From Octopus bimaculoides (lineage: Eukaryota), in assembly GCF_001194135.2 (NCBI RefSeq), contig NC_068981.1, forward strand, positions 108,125,963-108,189,962: a stretch of DNA of 64,000 nucleotides, written 5' to 3'. Made by a program: the position numbers and the translations under genes. Under the pieces are notes generated by a model. The model saw only the letters and a list, made by a program, of their open reading frames with translations, was not told where the DNA came from and made no database searches. Every line of letters begins with the position of its first letter. Position 1 is the stretch's first letter. Below are positions 47,961 through 61,875 of this stretch, piece after piece.

Positions 47961-50900
47961 CGAGAATTGTGTTCCATTATCAGAAACTAACATGTCTGGA
48001 ACACTGTATCACGCAAACAATTCATATAGGAACTTTATAGTTGTCTTAGTGGTTGGTTTATTGCACCTGCATACCTCTGGCCACTTTGTACAGCTATCTA
48101 CCATGATTAGAAAGTAAGTACCATTCACCGGTCTGTCATAGTTGATATGTAACCTAGACCATAGGTTCTCAGTCTCTAGCCATGATTGATATTTTACTGG
48201 TAGGGCTTTGGCCACGAGCATGCAACCTCAACAAGTTCTCACCAAATTTTCGATATCCCAGTCCATAGTCGGCCAATAAATGTAGCTCATCGGTGCTTTC
48301 ATCCTCGATATTTCCAGATGTCTGATCTGTGGAAGTGCTGCAACACACATTTTTGTAATGTAGTCGGTACTACAATTCCTTGTACATACATCAGAATATC
48401 GTTGCCTATTGAGAAACTACTTGAATTTGTATTTTTATTCTGCTTATTTTTTAAAGCTTCTTTCATTTTTGTTTATGTACTCGTCGTCTACAGATTTCAT
48501 TCTTATATCCTGTGCAGTCACTGGCAGTTCTTGGATAACATTAGTTATAGTACTTTTTGTTTCATTTTCTGTCTGTGGTGCAGCTATCATGGTATCTTCT
48601 AGTGGTTCTGTATTTTTGGGAATTAGTCTCAATAGACAGTCGAAATGACCAACTTTTTTCGATGGAATATACTGCATTTTGAAATTGTAATTTAGTAATT
48701 ATTATACCCCAACATTGTAGTCAGTTCGCTGTATGGGTAGATAACTCTTTCTTTGATCCATAAATTGATAGCAATGGTCGATAGGGTTTCTTTTTTCTAT
48801 CTGACTGTATTTTTTCTCTGCCACTATCAGTGAGCATGAAACATGAATCACTGGTTTTGTACTTCTATCCTTATACTTGTGTAGCAAAACTGCTCCTATT
48901 CTGTACTCCAAAGCATCAGATGCTACAACAATGTCCATTTCAGGATTGAAATGCACTAGAGACAAATCTGCAATTAGAATTTTTGTTATTTCTTCAAACA
49001 CGTTTTGACATTTAACTGACCAATTCCACTTTACTTCCCTTTTTATTAAGTCATTCAATGGAGCTTTTAATTTGTGCATGTTAGGAATGTAGTTTTGGTA
49101 GAAGTTTGTCAACCCAAGAAACGCTTGTAATGTTGGTATATTTGTCGGAGCAAGTATATTCTTCATTGCGTCTCCCCTTGATGGGTCAGGCTGACTACCA
49201 TTTTTATCAACTATTTGCCCAAAATAATTAATTTGAGGCAAAAACAATTTGCACTTTTCTTCACTCAAAGTGAACCTGTACTCTTTAATTTTCTTGAACA
49301 CAGCTTTTATGTGTTCCACATGCTGTTCACACGAATTACTCTTAATATATCATCCAAATAAGGGATTGCAAAATCCCGACTTTGGAGTCGGGAGTGGATG
49401 GTGGCATGTCTTTAAGCAATCGTTCGATCTTGTAGAGAAATCTTATAATTTTTCTTTTTAATGCACACCGTTGGCGCCTCCCAATTTTCAGTCTGTCCAA
49501 CTCTTCATTTATAATTTCAATTGCCACGAACGGTATTTTTCTGTTAGATTTAAATACAGGTACAGCATTTTCAGTTACTTGAAAGCAGGCTTCAGTCTTT
49601 TTACATAGACCTAAGTCCTCTGATAGTACTTGAGGAAACATTTTTTTCAATTTTCTCTTCAATTCCTCAAATGATTTATTTTTAACTAGACAACCATTTA
49701 TGTTTTTGCAGTAGAGACTTATGGGGAAGTGCCAAATAACTCCAACCAATTTGTATCATACGGATTGATTGTATTCTCCACAATGAATATTTTTGCTTCA
49801 TGTGTTTCTCCTTGAAATGTGATGTCCATGAAATGTAATTTATCACCCATCACACCAAGTGCAATTTTTGCTGTTTTACGTAACCTCGGTTTCCCAATTT
49901 TTCTCCTTGTACCCGCATTTATGATTGAAATATCACTACCCATATCAAACTGCTGTTTAATATTTACACCATTCATTTTTATGTGTACGAATTTTCTTGT
50001 TTTTGTGTCGCATTCACTTTCTGCTGAAAACACTTTAGAACTTTTTGCATTCAACCTTCATAATCTTGTCCTGAAGTGTGAACTCTTGTGACCAAGTTTC
50101 TGACAACTATAGCATTTTCAACTTTTAAACAGACACTCTTTTCTGATGTGTAGGCCTCCACATCTGTAACATGGATTGGGGCCTGGCACTCTTTTTTGGT
50201 TGTACTTTCCGGGTTGACACATCTGCGGAATCTTTCTCTTGAATTTTTTCATGTCGTGCTTCAGGTTAACCATTATTTGACATTCTTCTGCAACGGTCTG
50301 TAGGATTAAGTCTTGGTTTGCTTGCTCTATTTTTGAGAGAATCTTTGCCCAAATTTCTCTATCTTCGGTTGCCATAAGGCCTTGTATGAAGATAAGAGAT
50401 TTAAACATATCCTGAGCGAGTTCCTGAAGTTTAAAGTTTTCACACATATGGTTGACTGCTCTGGCATAAGTAATAAAGTCATTATCGTCATTTTTTGTTA
50501 AGTTTCAACACTCCATTCAAATGTTAAATAACGAACTTTTGTCACAAAAGATTTTTGATAGTAATTCAATCGTTTCTTGGAAACCAGTCTCACTCGACAT
50601 TTTGGGTAATAAAAAGTTACAGTAGCATTCATGCTCAGCCAGAGCTACCATGTGTAGTAATAGCCTTACTTTTTCCTCATCTGACTAGAAATCGAGTTTG
50701 TCACGCTGTCTAACGTAAACGAACTTACCGAATTTTCGCACTTCCTTGACTGTAACTCAATTAACTGTTGTTGTAATATTTGCTTCTGTAACACCTGTAG
50801 TTGTTCCTGTTGCTTCTCTTGAAGCTGTATTACTGCAGCTAATAGATTCTCCATAATTTAGCAATTTGTATGATGCACAAATTATCAAATTACCTAAGTG

Positions 50901-51003
50901 AGCTTCGAAAAATCCTTGTCGCCAGATGTTATATCCTTATGCCTCCAGTATCATAGTACGGTTGATATTGCTGACGATAGATAAAGATTACACTGTATCA
51001 GTG

Positions 51004-51541
51004 TGTAAGGGCCGTGCGATGTAAGGTGACGAGAATGGCTCTTTAGTACCACATCGTACGGCTGATACAATAAAGGGGAATTGTGTTGGAATGTGGGTGA
51101 ATCGCTTGCTGAGCTGTGTAGAAAGATGATGTTGACGATGTAGATGGAGACTGCTATAATGCTATTGGACTAAGTTGGTAAGTCTCAATGTAAGGTGGTG
51201 TTGTCTGGCTGGCATTGTTGCTGGAACTGACTGTGTCTTTGTGGTCAGTGGCTAGACCTTAAAAAGTCTGGAACCAAAGACTTTGGAACGAGGAAAATCT
51301 GAGTTTTTATAAGGAGTTGTAGGCTCAAACAGGGTTGTAAACAGATTGTCCTATGTGATCCCATTTAGAGCCTCTTATACGCGGTAAGTTGGTGCAACAA
51401 AGTAAGAGACAAATTGTGCCAATACCAACCAATCAGAAGTAGTTGACACAATGGGATTCAAATAGAGGTCAAAGGCTAGCTGTTCCCTGCACATATATAT
51501 AATAAATGGGAGAAAGGAATTTCACCCGAGTCTACGCTACA
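51004..51541. mobile_element. Solo LTR of an unrelated LTR retrotransposon nested in the Gypsy 5' LTR
   Basis: TG...CA ends with 4-bp TSD AGTG (51000-51003 and 51542-51545). Excision restores ctgtatcagtgttatgacaatac, matching the other LTR (ctgtaacagtgttataacaatac). Confidence 0.93.
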
Positions 51542-53879
51542 AGTGTTATGACAATACAAAACAGAAACAGCAGCAGTAACAAACATGTAACGAACCAACA
51601 ATCTTTTATGAAGCAACAATCAATATTTCTAACACACTAATTCAAACTGTAAACCGTACCTGGACTTTGAAGACCAAATTACAAACTGCCAACTATGTCA
51701 GACCGCTACTATTTATATGTAGTAGTCCCATCTATTCTCGTCAGAGAGTGCCGTACTCTCGCCACAACAACAACAGTGCATGACTTTTGTTCCCTGTCTC
51801 ACAAAACAAAATTACTGTTTTTATTGAAGTGTTCCACCAGTGTTCCTTGTTTTTAAAGGTGTGAACCTTTTTAAAGGTTCCGGCATGTCTTTGATGTACA
51901 TGTCAAGGCATCATAAATAACCTTTGCAACTATTTCATGCCTCAGGGGCAGGTAGTATCTCGTAGACATTTGGGGGCAGATGATGATGATGTGGGTGATA
52001 TTTTCCACACTGGTATAGCAGAGCCAACATTTTCTATCACACCATCCATGTTGTGATAGAAAACTTTTGTACGTCATATTTATCAGGTATTTAGTAGCTA
52101 TCTCCTGTCCCTGGATAGTGAAGGTATATCCTTCTCAGTGGGACGTAATGTATCTATCACAGGTCCAGGAGAGGTTACTCTTCCTGTCAATGCTGTTATT
52201 ATCCTCTAGCCTACAGGATATGTACCCATGCATTGCTTTTTGCTGGTATGACGATTGCTTCTACTCCAAGCTTCTGTTTAGGTAGGCCAGTCTAGCCTCC
52301 TTTGGGTCTCATGAGACAGTTGTATTCTCAGAGTACCTGTACATTAGTTCTCCAACTCTGAAGATGTTGCTTTCACATTTCTTTCTTCACTGTTGAACAG
52401 CTACTGCCTGGGTGATACAATATGACATTCAAAGGCTGTTTAGATTGACCTTATGCCTCTACCACCATCACTTCATCTCATATAAATCCTATTCGTGTCA
52501 CTGTTAATGTGGAAATTGCCAGTGGTGGTCAGTAACTTTCTGGTTTTGATGTCCAGACTGCAGGTCTTGTCAAGTGTCCTGTCCAATATCCCAAATGTTT
52601 GTACTAGCACTAGCACTGCAAAAGCATTGTGAGATATGGTCTTGTTAAACATAGACAGCTCTGAGTTCCACATTCTCTGGAGTCTACAGAAGTACTCTTT
52701 TGTTATTTTGGCTTTAATCACAACACTAATGTATTGACATTCTCACTGATTCCGAGATACTTGTAGTTTTCATCATTAGATATAGGGGAGATAGACAAGC
52801 CATTGATGTACATGTTCTCAGTCTGATCAACAATCTTTTCTCTGTTAACTATCATGTATGAGCATTTATCTTCCCCAAATTTCATTCCTATGTCTCATGA
52901 GAATGTAGTGTCTAGTTCTAATTGTTCCTTGAGGCTGCTCATGTTACCTGACTAAAACTTTACATCATGAACAACAAATGTGTGGGTGACATTAATGTTA
53001 TTCTTTTCTGCATACCCCAGTATGTAACCTTTGCATTTTGTTAACAGGGTTGTCAGGTGTTTCACTGCCAATACAAACAACATTACAGATAAACTACCAC
53101 CCTGAAATATGCCTGTTGATAGCTTGATTCTGTTTGTAACAATAGGTGTTGTTTTAGTAGTTGTCAGTGATAAATCTGTGGACCATGTTGTGGTCAGTCT
53201 CTCAATGGTATTCACTATAGCAAGTGATACTTTGGCAAGGTGTAGTAATTCTATCATTCATGAATGAGGCTCAGAGTTGAATGTTCTCTTGTAGTCTTGC
53301 CATATTGTTAAGAGATTGTTGCTTGGCTTCCTTAAGGACAACTTTGTTGAGAAGGAGCTATTCAACACAGCCCCTCCTGCCTGTCCATTAGTTATCACAC
53401 CATTTATTTGGAAGTGGTCTTTTGAGAAACATATTCAGACAACCTGTGTACAGTTTGTACATAACATTCAAACATACTATGAGCCTATAGTTTTTGGCTA
53501 TATAGGCCTCTTTGTTCTTGAAGATAAGAATAGTCAGTGCAACCATCAACCAATCTGGTATATCTAGTTCAGCATCTATTATTTCTTTAAACAAGGTCTT
53601 GAGAATGTCAACTGTTTGTACTAGTAGCTTACTATCAAGTCCCTCCCAGGTGATATATATTTTAGGAGAGGCATTTGCATAATAATCACTTTGTAGTTCA
53701 TTTAACCATGCTGCATTGTGATTGTGTTTTTTGTTTATATTCCAGATTCCCAGCCAGAATTACTCTAGGTCTTCCAAGAGAGGAGCATTTACTACCTTGA
53801 TGGTATCACCTTTCATACTGGTACACATCTTGTGAGTTTTGGACATACTGGTGGCTTATCATTTTTTGTTCATGTAACT

Positions 53880-54620
53880 TTTTACTGTCTAGATGAGATG
53901 CAGCTTGGTTTTGTACCAGGAAGAAGTTCTACTGATACCTTCATTTTAGTAAGACAACTGCAGAATATTTAGCTAAAAGTTAGCCACTGTACTTGGCATT
54001 CATTGACTTGGGAAAAATCTTTGGCAGGGTTCCTCACTATGTAATCTGGTAGTCTGAGGAAGTTAGGGAAATACAAATGACTTGTGAGAGCCATAGAAGG
54101 AATGTACAGAGATATTGTCAGCAAGGTGAGAGCTAGCAATGAGTAGAGCAATGAATTTAGAGTGCATGTAGGAGTTCACCAGGGCTAGTTTCTCAGTCCC
54201 CTTTTAATTCATTATAGTCTTCCTGGCCATAACAGAGAAATTTAAGACCAACTGATGGGAACTACTATATGCTGATGGTTTTGTTCTTACAGCAAAATCT
54301 ATTGTAGAACTAAAGAAGAAATTTTACATGTGGAAGCAAAACCCGGCATCAAAGAGATTTAAAGTTAACTTAGCAAAAACCAAACTTCTAGTAAGTAGGA
54401 AAACAGAAAAGGCTATTATTCCCTTCAGGAAAATGGCCCTGCTCAATATGTAGGAAAGGGGTTGTTAGAAATTCCATATGGTGTACTCAGTGGAAGCTAT
54501 TGACAAACAAGAGTTGCAGTGTAATAATAGAAAGGTTAACGGAGAAAGTAGACTTGGTATGTGGCAGGTGTGCAGGAGCAATAAACACTAAGATTACACA
54601 GGAAATAGATTCTCTCAAAT
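53880..54620 (+). mobile_element. RTE LINE RT fragment
   Basis: DEMQLGFVPGRSSTDT, VGVHQG..LSPLL and LLYADG. Confidence 0.88.
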
Positions 54621-55244
54621 GCTTTTATACCTATGATTAAATATGTCTGTGAGCATTACTTTTACATTCACATTGTTCATGATAAAAACAATGAACTTTC
54701 ATTCCAACTTGATACATACACACATACACACATGCATGCACACACACACACACGCACACACACACATGCACACACACACACACACACACGTTCACATGCA
54801 CACATACACACACACACACACGCACACGTGCACATAGATACACACACGCGTACATTTGTGTATGAGTATGTATTTTCCATATCTTTCGTTTCTATGTCAT
54901 CCATGAGTTTTACTTCTAACTGATAAGCCATTTTCTGGATTCAGAAAGATTTTCTTATTCTTTTGCCCATCAAGATTCCATAAGAACTAATATAACATAA
55001 TAACATTTCTATGAGTTAGAGCTTAAATCAGTAATTTTTAATAAGGTCACGAGAAACCTTAATTAATTTCCTCAGATACGTAAAGTATGGAGACATGTTA
55101 ATAATCTTTCATGTCTCACTAGTTTAAAATGAATATTCTGTTTGTATGATTTCATGCAGAAAATGATTCAAATCAGTTCTGGTTTGTTTTGTTAGCAAAT
55201 ATATTGTGTGTTTCAAACAAGTTTGTGCACTCCTTCAGTTGCAA

Positions 55245-55390
55245 CAGAAAAAAAAAAGGAAAAGAAAAGATAACAAGGAAAGAAAAAAAGATAAAACAAA
55301 GATGAAAGTAGGAAAGAAAGAAAAAATAAGAAAGAAAGAAGGAAAGAAAGAAAAAGTAACAAAAAATAACAAAGAAAATAAAATAAAAAT

Positions 55391-55430
<40 letters not shown>

Positions 55431-55440
55431 AGGAAAAATT
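55245..55440 (+). repeat. Purine-rich (AAAG)n low-complexity tract
   Basis: Direct reading. Confidence 0.9.
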
Positions 55441-56619
55441 TAACATCAAATTATTCTGTGTGGTGGTTGCACAGAAAAGTTCAATGTTACAATTTGGGTT
55501 GAAGTAAGAGAATGGTTTTAACTTAAATTGATTTGACATTTGAATTTTCTGTAAAGAATTTAGCTGTGATGATAATGTCTTGGACAAAGTTAATAGAGTA
55601 ATTGGCTTTTGGAATATGATTCCATATGGTTCCAAAGGAAAATGTGAAACATAATTGAGAACTCAAGTTTCTAAAATATTTGTAAATGATTCATTTAAAA
55701 TGGTTTAAAAGCAAATGTGTTTTTTTTTTGTTGTTGTTGTTGCTGCTGCTGTTGCTGCTACTGCTGTTGTAGTTGTTATTGTTGTTGTTGTTGTTTTTGC
55801 TGTTGTTGTTGTGCCACAATTGGCAATCAATAGATTCATTGATTACAAGTTTTCAATAGGTCAATTGTTGATTTACTGTCTTTCTGATAGCAAAAGTGAC
55901 AATGGAGCATATGTAACAGAGCAAATATCACAAACGAGGCTGTTTGAAGAGTACTGGGTTTTCTATTATTTTCTCACTGCTTTTTACGTACTTCCCCTAT
56001 ATACATCAGGAGAATATATACACTTACATATGCAACACACACACATATTATCATCATCATCACCACTACAACTAACCAACACACCACACCACCATCCTCC
56101 TCATCATTATCATCATCACTTTTTGTCTGTTTGCCATGCTGGCATGTATTAAACAAATTGTGATCCAAGTTAGTTCTTTGCAGTTAATGCCCTTCCTCCT
56201 AGATGAGTCAGATTGCTACTTTTTGCTTGCATATTTCATTTTTGACTTGGCTTCTATAGCTGGTTGCTCTTCTTATTACTGAATGTACTGGTTATATTTT
56301 ATCATAGCACTAACACTTGAGAGATTGTCATGCCTTCAGCAACACTAAAGGGCCATCTCAACTTTATATAGTATCTGCTCAGTAAGTAACACTTTATAGA
56401 GTGTACTGGGTGCTTTTCATCATGTCTCTAGAAGTGGTGAAGTTGCTTTGCATTCCATAAGGCTAAAGAGTCCTCATTACCCTAAGATGTTTCTGTTCAT
56501 TCAAGGCAATGTAACCAGGAGGATGATGTGAAGACAAAAAGAAAAAAGGAGTAAGTGTAAGTTATTAGAAGCAGAATGATCTGTGTAAGAGAGTTATATC
56601 AGGGATAGAGAGAAAGAGA

Positions 56620-56940
56620 GAGAGACAGAGAGTAATGGATAGTAATAAATTTAACAATGGTAAGAGAAAGTGGTGATGTCAATAACTGGTGGCCAGTTGA
56701 GAGGGAGTGATTTCTGTCCTTGTAGAAAGTGTAATGGTAGAGTCTAAGGGATACAAACAAATCCAATGAAACCCCATATGCATAAGTCTCTTGATGGGCA
56801 AGAGAAGTGATAAGGTTGATGGTGAGAGGATTGAATATTGAGAAGCCCATTATCATCCCTCCTAACATAAGTGGCATGATACAGTGAATAGGAAAGAATA
56901 TGAATGTCAGAGAGATGAAGGAATTTAATGTCATCTAGTT
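56620..56940 (-). mobile_element. CR1/L2-group LINE 3' relic
   Basis: Resembles 10120-10500 (ETYAYGVSLD..LYHYTF) and ends in a (TC)n tail. Confidence 0.4.
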
Positions 56941-57229
56941 ACATAAGTAGCATGGTATAGTTAATAAGAGAGATCCACTGCCAACTTTATTGACACAGTA
57001 AGGTTGACTGTATTATGTAAGCCAAACTTACTGACACAGTACAGTGAGTATAAGAAAGTGAGTGGAGAGAGGTGACTCATAGACATATGACTGATAGAGA
57101 TAGGAATGGCGGATATAGACTTAACAAGGACATATTGGGTGACAAACTTAAATGTAAATATACCTTCCAGCCTCCATCTCTACCACCATTTTAATATTTT
57201 TGTTTCACTGTTTTTTAGGAATATGTGAA

Positions 57230-59780
57230 TCTTCTCCAGCATTGCATGCTGCTAATCATTGTAGTCCTCTGTCATCTCCACAAGCCTCAGTCTTCCCCAC
57301 TTCTCTTGAGTATTTTGGGGGTCTTTCTCTTCAGCAGACTCATTTAAATTGATTACCCTACACTTCTTCACATAATTTTCATCTTTCATATTAGCACAGT
57401 CTTCTCTTTTTGCATGTTACATCTGACTCCTCTCATATCCATTTTTTTTTATGGATATGCTCACACTGACACGTATAGAAAAGCATACTTCTTTTCTTTC
57501 TAGTCTTCACAAACCCTCTGCATTTCGGGCCCATATCTCATAACCATGCAGCTTTGTACTTTATACACAAGCACCACACAATTTACCCTTGACTGTCAGA
57601 GAGAACCCTTTGTTACTTGCAAAGGTAGTAACTTCATAAACTTTTTCCTTATGTTCTAACTCTGGCATCTATGCTTTCAAAACACATACCTTTATTGCTA
57701 ATTAGATCACCTAGATAACAAAAGCAATCAACTACTTCTAGGAATCCTTACAGACATATGAGAGAGAATCTCATATACTATTAATGCTGACTGGTCTTGG
57801 GCATCTGCTGCATATAAAATATACTTTCTCTCTTAGTCTACCAATGATTCTATCACACTTTTTGTACTTTATAAATTACACTGGGTATTACATGATATTT
57901 GTAGCTTCTCCTTCTCTGCATACTGAACATGACCATTTCCCTGATCCTATTTTTTTTCCTACATACAAGAATATTAGCCTCAAGGTTTTGCTTCCATGTG
58001 CACAATTTCTTCTTTAAATCTTCTACAGATTGATCTTTAGAATTCAGTCATCAGCACATTGGTGTTCTCATGGACAGTCAGTTTTAAACTCCTTTGATAT
58101 GACCAAGAAGACTAAAATAAATGGGAGGGGTGAGAATAAATGGGAGGTGTCTTGATGGACACCTGCAGTGATGCTAAGTTTGACTCATTGCTAACTCTAG
58201 CTTGCTGACTGCATCTCTGTATATGGCTTGCTCAGTCATCACAAGCCGTCCAACTATATTTGCTTTCTTTAGCAACTGTAAAAAAAATACAGAGCATCAA
58301 ATCTTGTCAAGAGCTTACTCTAAGTCAACAAATAAGCAGAGTGGCTTACTCCAAGCTAAGTACAGCTCCTGCAGTTGTCTCACTAGGGAGAAGACACTGG
58401 TAACACCTCTTCCGGACACATCACCAAACTGCATCTCATTTAGGTCAATTTACTTCCTAATTAATAGAGCTATGACTCTGTAACTTTAATCACCTACTCT
58501 AACAGTTTGATACCTATGTAGTTTCCTCTTTCTTGTATATCTTGTTTGTCCTTGTAACAATTGATGATTATATTATAACACCTGTCATTCGGTATGACAT
58601 CTACCTGTACAATTTAACAGATTCTCTATGTGACTAAAGTATGACCAACCTTGCCATATATTTTCAGCATATCAATCATATGGTCTAACTGCCTTTCTTT
58701 TGTTCAATTCTTAATTGTTCTATCAACCATACTACTTTCATTTTGTATAGCTGGTCCTTCAGCTGCATCTACTTGGAGTAGGCCTTCTTTCCCCCAAGTA
58801 TCCTCTTCATTCTACAATCTCTCTTAATAGCACTTCAATGCTATTTTCTTTACATCACCAGTAAGAGCAAGTGCCCTGTTATCATTCTCTATACATTTCT
58901 CCCCAGGGACATATCATTCCAATCGAAAAGACCTCATAACTCTGATCACCATGTTACATAACATAGACTAGCTAAATAATTAACTTCTTGCTTAGTATGC
59001 TTAGCTTCTCTTTTAGCAAATTGGTACTGTTTTCTGCTGCTCCTCTTCTTCCAGTCTTTCTAACATTATTTCTTAGCTTTTATGGCTTTATCTACCTAGA
59101 CTGTTCCACTATTTTATAGCTTTCCATCTGATTGGGACTTTATATCAACCACAGATAGGTGGGTGGTTGTAAATGCTGAGTTTGGTGAAGAACGTAGCAC
59201 ATAACATAAATTAGCAATTAGTGACTTCAGAGTAAGAGCTTGATAAACTGAGATAATAGGAATAATTTAGAGAAGGAAGATGTGGAGGCTGAAAGAGCAC
59301 TTGGGTTGTCATAGGTCCAGAGGAGTTCTAATTAATACTTATGACTGAAAGAAGGTCATAGAGACTTTTAGCATAGAGGAAAACTGTGAGTTTCTACAAG
59401 ACAACCTGGTGAGAGCTGCAAATCATATCTGTTTCATGATGAGAATAATGTCTGTCTGGCTTTTGTGTTCATCTGATCAGAAGGTGATCAAGTGGCTGAC
59501 TGGCTGGCTTTTTGAAGTTCTCTATCCTACAGCTGGTTATCTTATAGCAACATCCAGTTGTCTTTTATATTTCAAGTCTCTATCACTGCCTTCCCTCTGT
59601 CATATGCATCAATTAAAATTTCTCTGACCCTATAACTGACAGAAGGCTCTTTGAGCTTTCATATCTTCCTTTTCTAGATTGTCTTATGTTTCTGTCTATT
59701 TACCTTCTTCTTGAAGTCACTAATCACCAATCTATGCTGAGTGGTTCATTCTTTGCCAAAGAAAAACTTAACATTAACAA
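57230..59780 (-). mobile_element. Old RTE LINE relic (EN to RT), fragmented
   Basis: Reverse-complement similarity to the RTE copies at 44030, 53880 and 62980 (e.g. tttgttacttgcaaaggtagtaacttc, accaaactgcatctcattta). Confidence 0.65.
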
Positions 59781-60919
59781 CCATCTCAGTATCCTGTTTT
59801 CTTGTGTAAATGATTGGTAAGTGATCAGAGGGCTAGCCAGATTCTTGAAGTTAGAGCTGCAAATCATTATCAGGTCACTTGAGTCACAGAAATCCAAGAG
59901 ATTTATTACCTCTTTATTCCTTGTATCATATCTATAGCCTTTATATTATTATTTATTATTGTTCTGTATTGTACTCCATGTCTAGTCATCCTTCTGCCTA
60001 AGTTCTTTTCTTTAATCAATTAGATCTCTGTGTTTAGTATAATATTCTCATGATTGAAACTGAATTGCTCATATATATAACACTATTTTTTTGTGGTCAA
60101 TTAAGATTGTCACAACAAAATAATTTATAGAACATATTTACTGTGTATATCTAGTTTTAAAATGGATATATTGTACCTTGGTGTATTGTAACTGGTGACT
60201 AAAAGGGTTAGTGGTAGGAAGGGCACCCAGCTGTAAGCATTGTCTCTGAAAAATTACCCAATACATGCCAGTATGGAAAAGTGGACGCAAAACACCGATG
60301 ATAACGATGATGGAAAATATACTTCCATTTTATTACTGTATCAGAAACAATATGCTTTTCACCTGCACTGTTATTTTGGTGAAATTAATACTCTCTACAT
60401 TTCTTTCTTAACTTCACAAGTCAAAATAACTGTACAAATAAAATGTATAATATAATGACAGTATGAAGGAAAAGTGGGAAGAAAAGCAAATGGTAAGATG
60501 TCAAGAAATAGAAGAAAAGTAATAGGGGTAATATGTGGAGAGTAATAATTTGGAGGGATAGTCTTAACAATGTCCTAGAATTATGATACTTAGAAGTGAC
60601 AAAAGAAAGTCACATGCTAGCTTCTTTTGGCATAAATTTCTATCTTTTCTTCTGCCTGTTATCAGGATGTTTCTGCTCTTATTTTCATCACAGTCACTAA
60701 ATTGTAAGATTTAATTGAAAATTAATCATAAAATCTTACTAATTTGTGTTTATCTTTTAAAGTAGAATTCAAAAAGTCAATGTTCTCTCCGTCACTCACA
60801 CGGTAGCGTCATTTGAATTTAACATCATAGTTTTTATCATTTGAATAATGGAGTTTATCAAATATTTCTAACAATAGCTTATGGCAATCTGACAACATCA
60901 GAATTGACATTTTTTACAT

Positions 60920-61530
60920 AATTAAGGGAGACATCTATTTCCAGACATTGCTTATTATATCTCAGGCAACTGAGAGACAGTGTGGGCCAGTTACGCCCTA
61001 TTTTCATGCCAGTACATGGTACACCTAGGTCATCCATACCAAATGATCTCCACAAGGTGAAGTTTGTGTTTGCTTGCCAGGCCACATGATGAAAGCCCCT
61101 TCAGTCACCCTGAAGGCCCATATGAAGTGATACATCCAGGAAACAAATCATTTCAACTCCTGATTGGCAGGATATTGACAGTCTCATCCAAGTAGCTCAA
61201 CCACCAAACAAAGGTTGCTCTAGGCAAATCACACCAACCCCAGACAATGAACAGTTGCCAAAGAGCCAAGTAACCACACACATGGGCATGGTGATTAAAA
61301 CATCTCAGTTCCAATGAGAGTCAATGACAGTTCTGGTGTGGGGAACTATATGCAGGGCACTGCCCAAGGACTGTAGATGAATTGTAGACAGGAACTTCAC
61401 TGCAGGCTGCTAGTGATTTAATCAGCAGGAAAAGGGACTTCTGGTTAGGATGGGAAAAGGAGACTGAGACGTGGAGGGTCAGTGGTATTCACCCTCACAG
61501 CATGTAGCTGAATGAAGCAAAACTAAATAA
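60920..61530 (+). mobile_element. Ty3/Gypsy integrase C-terminal (GPY/F) relic with probable 3' LTR remnant
   Basis: LR.TVGQLRPIFMPVHGTPRSSIPNDLHKVKFVF, then KPLQSP.EGPYEVIHPGNKSFQLLIG. Confidence 0.75.
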
Positions 61531-61598
61531 TACACCAACATGCCCTTGTTACTGGTTGTTTTAGCATATAGCTTAACCAAGCTGTGTGTGAGTGAGTT

Positions 61599-61639
<41 letters not shown>

Positions 61640-61659
<20 letters not shown>

Positions 61660-61875
61660 TTCTGTTTGTTGTACTGTCCCTGCTTTCACTAGACAACTGA
61701 TGTTGGTATATTTACATTTCCGTAACTTAACAGTTTGGTAAAAGTGACCAATAGAATAAGCACCAGGCTTTCAAAAAAAATATAAGTACTGGGGTCGATT
61801 CTTTTGACTAAAAAATTCTTCAAGGTGGTTCCCCGGCATGGTTGCTGTCTAATGACTGAAACAAGTAAAAGATGA
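61640..61875 (+). mobile_element. tRNA-SINE 3' half after a (TG)n run
   Basis: acaactgatgttgg..cgtaactta..aagtactggggtcgatt..aatgactgaaacaagtaaaagat. Confidence 0.85.

Larger units (their letters stand above)
45038..51769 (-). mobile_element. Ty3/Gypsy LTR retrotransposon, Mag-like, decayed and multiply interrupted
   Basis: 5' LTR is 50928-51769 and a partial 3' LTR is 45038-45240; both begin tgttatatccttatgc on +. The 5-bp TSD ACAAC is at 45033-45037 and 51770-51774. PBS TGGCGAC follows the 5' LTR on -. Gag has twin knuckles (CYRCGGLH..EC, CYSCQKLGH), protease is FDMGSDIS, RNase H has VASDA..IGAVL..YSQIEK, and integrase has WSRLHI..VDSCTKWPE. Confidence 0.95.
44762..53840 (-). mobile_element. 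R4/Dong-clade LINE relic (51775-53840 and 44762-45032) split by the Gypsy insertion
   Basis: RT motifs NYRLIVCLNVMYKL and GIFQGGSLSVMLF, then KEYFCRL and CWLC..ENITHI..C. Removing 45038-51769 and one ACAAC restores QKSCTVVEVSYPVD, followed by KENIYGELMRNLQLLYPDYKF..IIIGAL (RLE C-terminus). Confidence 0.88.

Noticed and set aside
44640-54000. Idea that the RTE fragments at 44030-44760 and 53880-54620 are one element split by the nested stack
   Set aside because: They overlap by ~110 bp of the same RT region with clearly different sequences and no TSD, so they are more likely separate copies.
55206-56152. Lys-rich and Val-rich ORFs
   Set aside because: Derived from (AAAG)n and (GTT/GCT)n simple repeats, with no domain-like sequence.
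56506-56556. Possible 45-bp plus-strand exon (AAG|GCAATG...GGA|GTAAGT)
   Set aside because: Weak acceptor, low-complexity peptide (QCNQEDDVKTKRKK), no partner exons, and surrounded by decayed repeats. Such matches are expected by chance.
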